Made by a program: the position numbers and the translations under genes. Positions 57,619 to 64,000 of a DNA stretch of 64,000 bases are shown here, one piece after another. The notes under the pieces are model-generated. The model worked only from the letters and a program-made list of their open reading frames with translations, ran no database searches and was not told the DNA's origin. The DNA comes from Chrysomallon squamiferum (taxonomy: Eukaryota > Animalia > Mollusca). The stretch's first letter is position 1. Each line of letters starts with the position of its first letter. Where the stretch lies: NCBI GenBank assembly GCA_012295275.1, contig CM022670.1, forward strand, positions 34,534,001 through 34,598,000. The letters are read 5' to 3'.

Positions 57619-58156
57619 CTGTAATAATAAGAACAACAGTAACAATAAACATGCACACATATACATATATGTTGTACACACACAGTCACAGATGTGTGTA
57701 TGTGTAAAATTGTATTTTTTTATTTTCGAAGCATATTGTTATTATTATTAATTAGCTATATGTTGTTATTATTATTATTAAATTCAGAAGAAGTACAAAT
57801 TGGAAAAAAAAAAAAAAAAAAAACTAAATAAGGAAACAGAAAACCTGTTATTTATCTACTTGAGTAATTAAGTGAAAAACAGAAGCATGTTGAAGTAATC
57901 AAGATCTCACTTTCCAAGCTTCCATTAGTGTTTTGATGACAGATGTTTATTAAATATAACTTAAAAAGTAAAAAAAAATAAAATAAACACATAAATAATA
58001 AAATATTTAAGGCTTATGTTTGTATTACTTTAAAATAGTTTAAACATTAAATACACAAATAATTTACACACACACAGTGAACAGAGAATGAATAATACAT
58101 CCATGAAAAAAATAAAAAGCAGATACTCGATATGAAATACAAATTCACATAAATAA

Positions 58157-58195
<39 letters not shown>

Positions 58196-59368
58196 ATGAA
58201 ATTCAAAATATACAACTTACAAGTTGAAACACAAAATACTGATGCTTGTGAAGAAAAAAAAAAAAAATTAAAAAGAATTTTATCCAGACTAAAGAAAAAA
58301 AAAGAATTAAAAAGAATTTTTATCCAGACTGACACCACCCTCTCACTGTTAAAATTTCAAATAATTTCTGAATTCTGAACCCGTATATCCTGTTAAGAAC
58401 TGAAAACAACGACAACAACAACAGCAGTAAAGCTTCTAGAATCAAACAGGATCTGTTAGTCATGCGTTGTTGTTTAATTAATACAACTCCCAACTCCTGA
58501 CAAGGAAGTAGCTGAAACAAATGAAACTTGTCTCAGTGGTATGCAAGCAGCCATGAAGTGACTGTTACAAAGGAAAACAACAATAAATGAAGAACAGTTC
58601 AAGAAGTGAAGAACAATTCAAGAAATGAACTATACACATTACATGCTCGATGAATATTCCTAGAACAGAAATTCAAAATATACTGGGGTTTTATTTCTAT
58701 ATCAAAAATTATAAATTTTAATTTTATAATAGATATAAGGATGTGACATTTATGTGTAGTAGTAACTATATTAAACTGTTAATATAAAAAAAATTATTAC
58801 TAAATGTAACAAATACATATTGTTGTTTGTTTTTTTGTTTGTTTTTTTTTTTTTTTTTACAGAAAATACACATTTTTATATAAATATAAAGTTTTTGTTC
58901 ATAAAAGTAAATTTATTTTTTTAGAAAAAATAAGGATTTAATATTTATGTGCATTCATTACCATATTTAAACTTGCATGAAAAAAAAAAGAGAAGTAGAA
59001 TGGAACTATATACTGGCTTTGTTTTGTTTATTTAATTTCAGAAAATTTAAAAATGTGATATTTATTTATATTACTATTAGTCACACAGAATACAGATAAA
59101 CTTCTTAACATGAGTAATAAAACGTTGCAAAAACATCCTGAAATAAAAGCACAATAATTCATTATATTCTTAGCATCACGTTTTCACAGAAACTTATTTT
59201 TCACATGTATGAAATATTAAAGAGCTTGTTACAAATAATGCACTATAAAATTAATGATGTGTCATACTAGGTTTAGAGTTATGACATAAGCTGGTGAATT
59301 ATTTAACATGTAAATGCTGTAACTGGACAGTAGGCTCAGCACAGAACATTTTAAAATATATGTGTTTA

Positions 59369-59404
<36 letters not shown>

Positions 59405-61191
59405 ATAATAAAACCTGAAAAAAAAAAAAAAAAAAAAAAAATATTATAATGGACACACCCTGGTACCATCCTTTTATTTCTTTAAAAGAATAAAGAAATA
59501 CCCACTCAGAAAGAAATCCTTTGCAAACAGGAGATCCTAGAATTTCAGTAAAACAGGTTAAATAAACATTAATTCATATCTTTTAGTCATTACAATGTGG
59601 CAACCATATAAATTATAATCTGAATCATTGGTGAACTATATCTGCCTCAAGATTAATTTATGAAATATAAAAATCTCAAAGTCAGGTGAAGTTATTCATT
59701 AAAACTTTGAAAAACACTCCTGACACCACAAACAGACTGAAACACACACACACACACACACACACGAACAGATATATATATATATATATATATAAACACA
59801 CACATATACAATCATGTCACATATATATAAGCTCACAAACACATACACAGTAACACACATGCATACATATATACAAACAATATTTCTGAGATCCGTGACA
59901 CTGAAGTTATTATGAACATAGTTTAAAGTTATTCATAGGTACTGTACATGTGACTTACTGAATCTTAACATGTATCACAGTATAAATTATAATCAAACTC
60001 ATTTGTTCTTAGCCCTTCTACAGCAATTAATTTGATAACATATTTCAGAATGAATGACATTTAAATGAAATAGAATATTTGCGTTGATATGGGTTTGTGA
60101 AGAAAATTCTAATGATCTAAGGACATGAATACTGTTTAAGTGTTTTTTTACAGTGCCTGTCATTTATACTGTAATAACAAAAACAATTGTTCTGTCTATG
60201 TAAGTGTAACCTTTTTGATTCAAAGTCTACATTTGGTTAAAAACAAATACACAGTCTTCATGAAAAGATCTTTTCAAATTTCCAGTAACATTAAACTGTG
60301 TAACTGCATTCTGACAATTAAATAAATAATGAAAATATTTTTAAAAATCAATAATTTAAAAAAAACAAAAAAACATTAAAATTAAAATTAGAAAAAAGAA
60401 CAACAGCATACACATCATTTCATATTAGTTGTGATGCCCCAACAGAAAGAAAAACATTTACTGGAATTTGGATTCAGATCATTACATATATGCATAGTGC
60501 ACTTTACAGATATTTAAAAATTACATTCCTTACAAAAGCATTCTCTGATGGGAAACAAAACTGCTGCCTGGTTTACAGACACAAGTGTATTTGGCAAATG
60601 CATCGGTGCAATGGAATTTCAATTAACAAAAATAAACTAACAGGCCAGCTGAGTTTTAACACTATAATAATTAGGAAGTTGTCTTTAACAATGTAACAAA
60701 TATATGATTTATTTTCTCAGCAGTTTCTTCCTAAGGTATCATTACCAACCGTTTTAGTTTAGGTGATTTTAAAAAAGAGGTAAAAAAAAAAAAGAAGAAG
60801 AAAAAAAAAAAAAAAAAAAACTGCAGTCACTTGAGTGCATGAGAGAGAGGCAGGCATTCTGTCTCGTTCTTGTTTCAGAGAACAAACATCACACACTGGT
60901 GTTTCAGTCTGTCTGGCTTACAACAAAATTCTTTCACAATGTCTGGAATTTCTCACATGCCAACTGCACCAATTACCTAGGACTACTCCATGCATGCAGA
61001 TTAGAACGTTATAAGTAATAGCTTTATTGTGCATTACACACTGATTTCATTTGTGCTGCATACTGGCATTTAGGTGTGCTGAAATAAATATAGGTTTGGT
61101 TTGTTTACATACATTTTCATACATACTATGCGCTCATACATACCATACAACACAAATATGCGCTCACTTTTTCTCTCTCTCTGTCTCTCTT

Positions 61192-61224
<33 letters not shown>

Positions 61225-64000
61225 AAAAGAGAAAGACAAACGATTGTAAGAAAGAGGAAAAGAGAAAAGCAGAAGGAAAATAACATAAATCAATGTTCTG
61301 TTAGTCAAATATATTAATACAAGACATACCAGAAAATTAATACAGCACTGAATTTGCTCTACAGTTGTATGGGTATGTATAGAAATGCTTTCAGAATTAC
61401 TCAGAACAATATCAGTAAAAAAAAAAAAAAAAATTATAGCATTATAACTAAACAATAATTAAACAATAGTAACAAAAAAAAAAAAAGGACATGGTTTGTC
61501 AAATAATAAACACATCAAATGCTTTACAACACACATGTGAAACTAATCGTCAGTAATTAAGACAGAACTGTGTGTACACACAGTTAACAATCACAGAATG
61601 GCTCATTACCTGACTAATGAACCAACGGGACAGAAAGAAAACAAAAACTTACCTTAAAGCCAAAACAATCTGCTCTGCCAGAATGTGTACACACTTTATA
61701 TATATAACACTCTCATCATTGGGCTATATAGGTCAAGATGCCTTTTATCTGAGTAAGCCAGCCCAGACCACCATTCTCTACATACACACAAAGAAAGTGG
61801 AAGAAATTAAACAGTGGCTGCTGGAGAACTGTATGTCAAAGTCTGTTTATGTCAGAGCATTCATTACATTTACATCTAATAAAATCCATACCAAGTGTGA
61901 TCTGAGAAACACAAGACATACAACAAGTATGTGGAGCTTTGCTGTACCAACAGTCACATAGTAGTGTCTGTTTTATAATAATGGAATCTGCTAAAACCAT
62001 CAGAGTTTGTTCTAATATAAACCGAACTAAAGGTGCTCTAGGAATCCAAGCACACACCCACCCAGAGCTATGCAGAGATTTTAATATGAATAGCAAACAT
62101 TTTAGTCATCATATTATATTATAATACTTTTTATAATAATGGAAAATGCTTAACATATCAGATGTCTTCAAACCACTCATATTCAAAGTGTTGTCTAATT
62201 AACTAGAATGTATATACTATACTTTTTTAATACATGTCAATGAGTGCTTTTACAATGTAAGACTTTTTTTAACCAAAACCCAAAGCAAATAATAGTTATT
62301 ATATTCAGTATAAGCAAGGTAGAACTTTTTATATGCAAAATGAATGTAACAGTTATATATGATATATATAATATAACATATATTTTATAGTAATGGAATC
62401 TGCTAAACGTATCAGACTTCTTCAAATACTACAATACCAAATCTAATCTGAGAAACATAGTAAACCTAGGGTTGTAATTAGAAAACATTATGCAACATAC
62501 AGAATAAACTGCTTTCTGATTTCTTAATATAACATTCACACTATATTTGTCATGTATATATATGTGTACAGCTTCATAGTGGACAGAGCTTTTTTCAGTA
62601 ATAACAAACTTTACAAAATTGTGTAATATCATTATGTTTGCTTCAGATGAAGCCATGACAAATGCAATCTGACAAACCAAGTAGCCAACACACTGGACTT
62701 CTTTAAACAAACAACAAACATTACAGTCTTATGTGAAAATAAGACAAATTATATAATAAATAATGGAATTTGGTAACATTAGACCTTTCTATGTATCTGT
62801 ATGAGTGAGTGAGTGATTATGGAGTTTAACATCACAGCAGGAATCTTTCACCCATTTGAAACCATAAATCTTTATTAATAAAAAAAAAAGTATTTTCTTA
62901 TACTTTTTGATATAGAAATTACTTAGTAAAAACTTGTTTTCTTGAAGTGTGAATCAAAATGTTTATGTGTTATCTTTAAACTTTATCTGATGTTATACAA
63001 ATACTATAAATAATACATACAATAATAAGAAATGTTTCTTATATTTAGCTGTCTACAACAGAAATTTCCTTTGTTGCTAACTAATTAATTGACAAAACAT
63101 GGCATTAAAATAAATGTATAAATTATTAAATATGTCTGATTTATATTAGATTTGTGTGGTGATATTTATTATTTATTTATGTTTTTGTAAAGGATATGTG
63201 ATAAATACAAACAAACAAAAAATGAAAAAAGATACTTAAAAATTAAATAATGAACTGTCATGGAGGAAAAAATCAATCAACCTTTTAATAATTCTTCTTT
63301 TTTTTTTGGAATAGAGGGTAATTATTTTTTTTATTTTTTTTTTAACCATCTGATCTGATAATCTGACCGTAATTCCATGTTTTCTAAATAAAACTACTTA
63401 TCCAGTTCCCATATCATTCTTAGTTTTGTTTACAGATGTTGAAGTGTAGAGTGAATGAAGATTATTCTTATCAGGCTGTCAGGCAAGCCATATTAACATC
63501 ATGGGGGTCTTTAAACAACTAGAACATAAAGCCACGAGCAGTCTGAACTCTGGTCTAGGGACATCTACTCTTCTTGCCTCTGTAATAATATCTTACTGTG
63601 GATGATGCCAATCTAGACCTTGACCTTTTGCATTTTCAAGTTGAGATGGAACATTGTCTGTATATTGCATTAGTCACTGGTTTACACAGACTGAGTAGAA
63701 GGATAGAGGAAATTTTAACAACTGAAACTTTCCTTCTGTGAAATTCTTATTGTCAGTTACTATTTTATACACAGACCGAGTACGTGTTTATAGGAAATAT
63801 TTCTTCTACTGAAATGCACCTTGAATTAAAATCAATCAAAGTCTGTCAGTTTGAGGAACATAATTACACATCTGGTCTAACATGAAAACTCTAATTGCAC
63901 AAATATTTGGTTTTCTTGTAGTTCAAATCTTTATACTTGTTCCAAATGACTTTGTTAATGCTATAAACATAATAAATTTCTTTTTTTTTATTTTTTTTCA

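Overview
AT-rich, microsatellite-dense animal genomic DNA, not prokaryotic. By inference it is lophotrochozoan, probably a gastropod mollusc, based on SINE relics, mosaic CpG depletion and a C-type lectin/PAN gene. Three spliced genes were assembled by hand from GT-AG sites and reading phase. (1) The 3' end of a + strand C-type lectin gene with a PAN/apple-like tail (445-2722). (2) A near-complete - strand Inturned (INTU, CPLANE/PCP effector) gene, 18 coding exons, 21030 to 7387; the first exon was not found and there is one apparent 1-nt frameshift. (3) The 3' five coding exons of a - strand GAB/DOS docking protein (57618 to 52182). Between INTU and GAB lies a ~26 kb CpG-retaining region with no recognisable CDS, holding SINE relics, minisatellites and putative cis-regulatory islands. 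Almost all short ORFs in the supplied track are microsatellite artefacts. No CRISPR array, rRNA or tRNA gene, or intact transposase was seen, and I found no convincing new multi-gene system. The most unusual local signal is a tandem array of AG|GT splice-junction copies wrapped around a 60-nt INTU exon.
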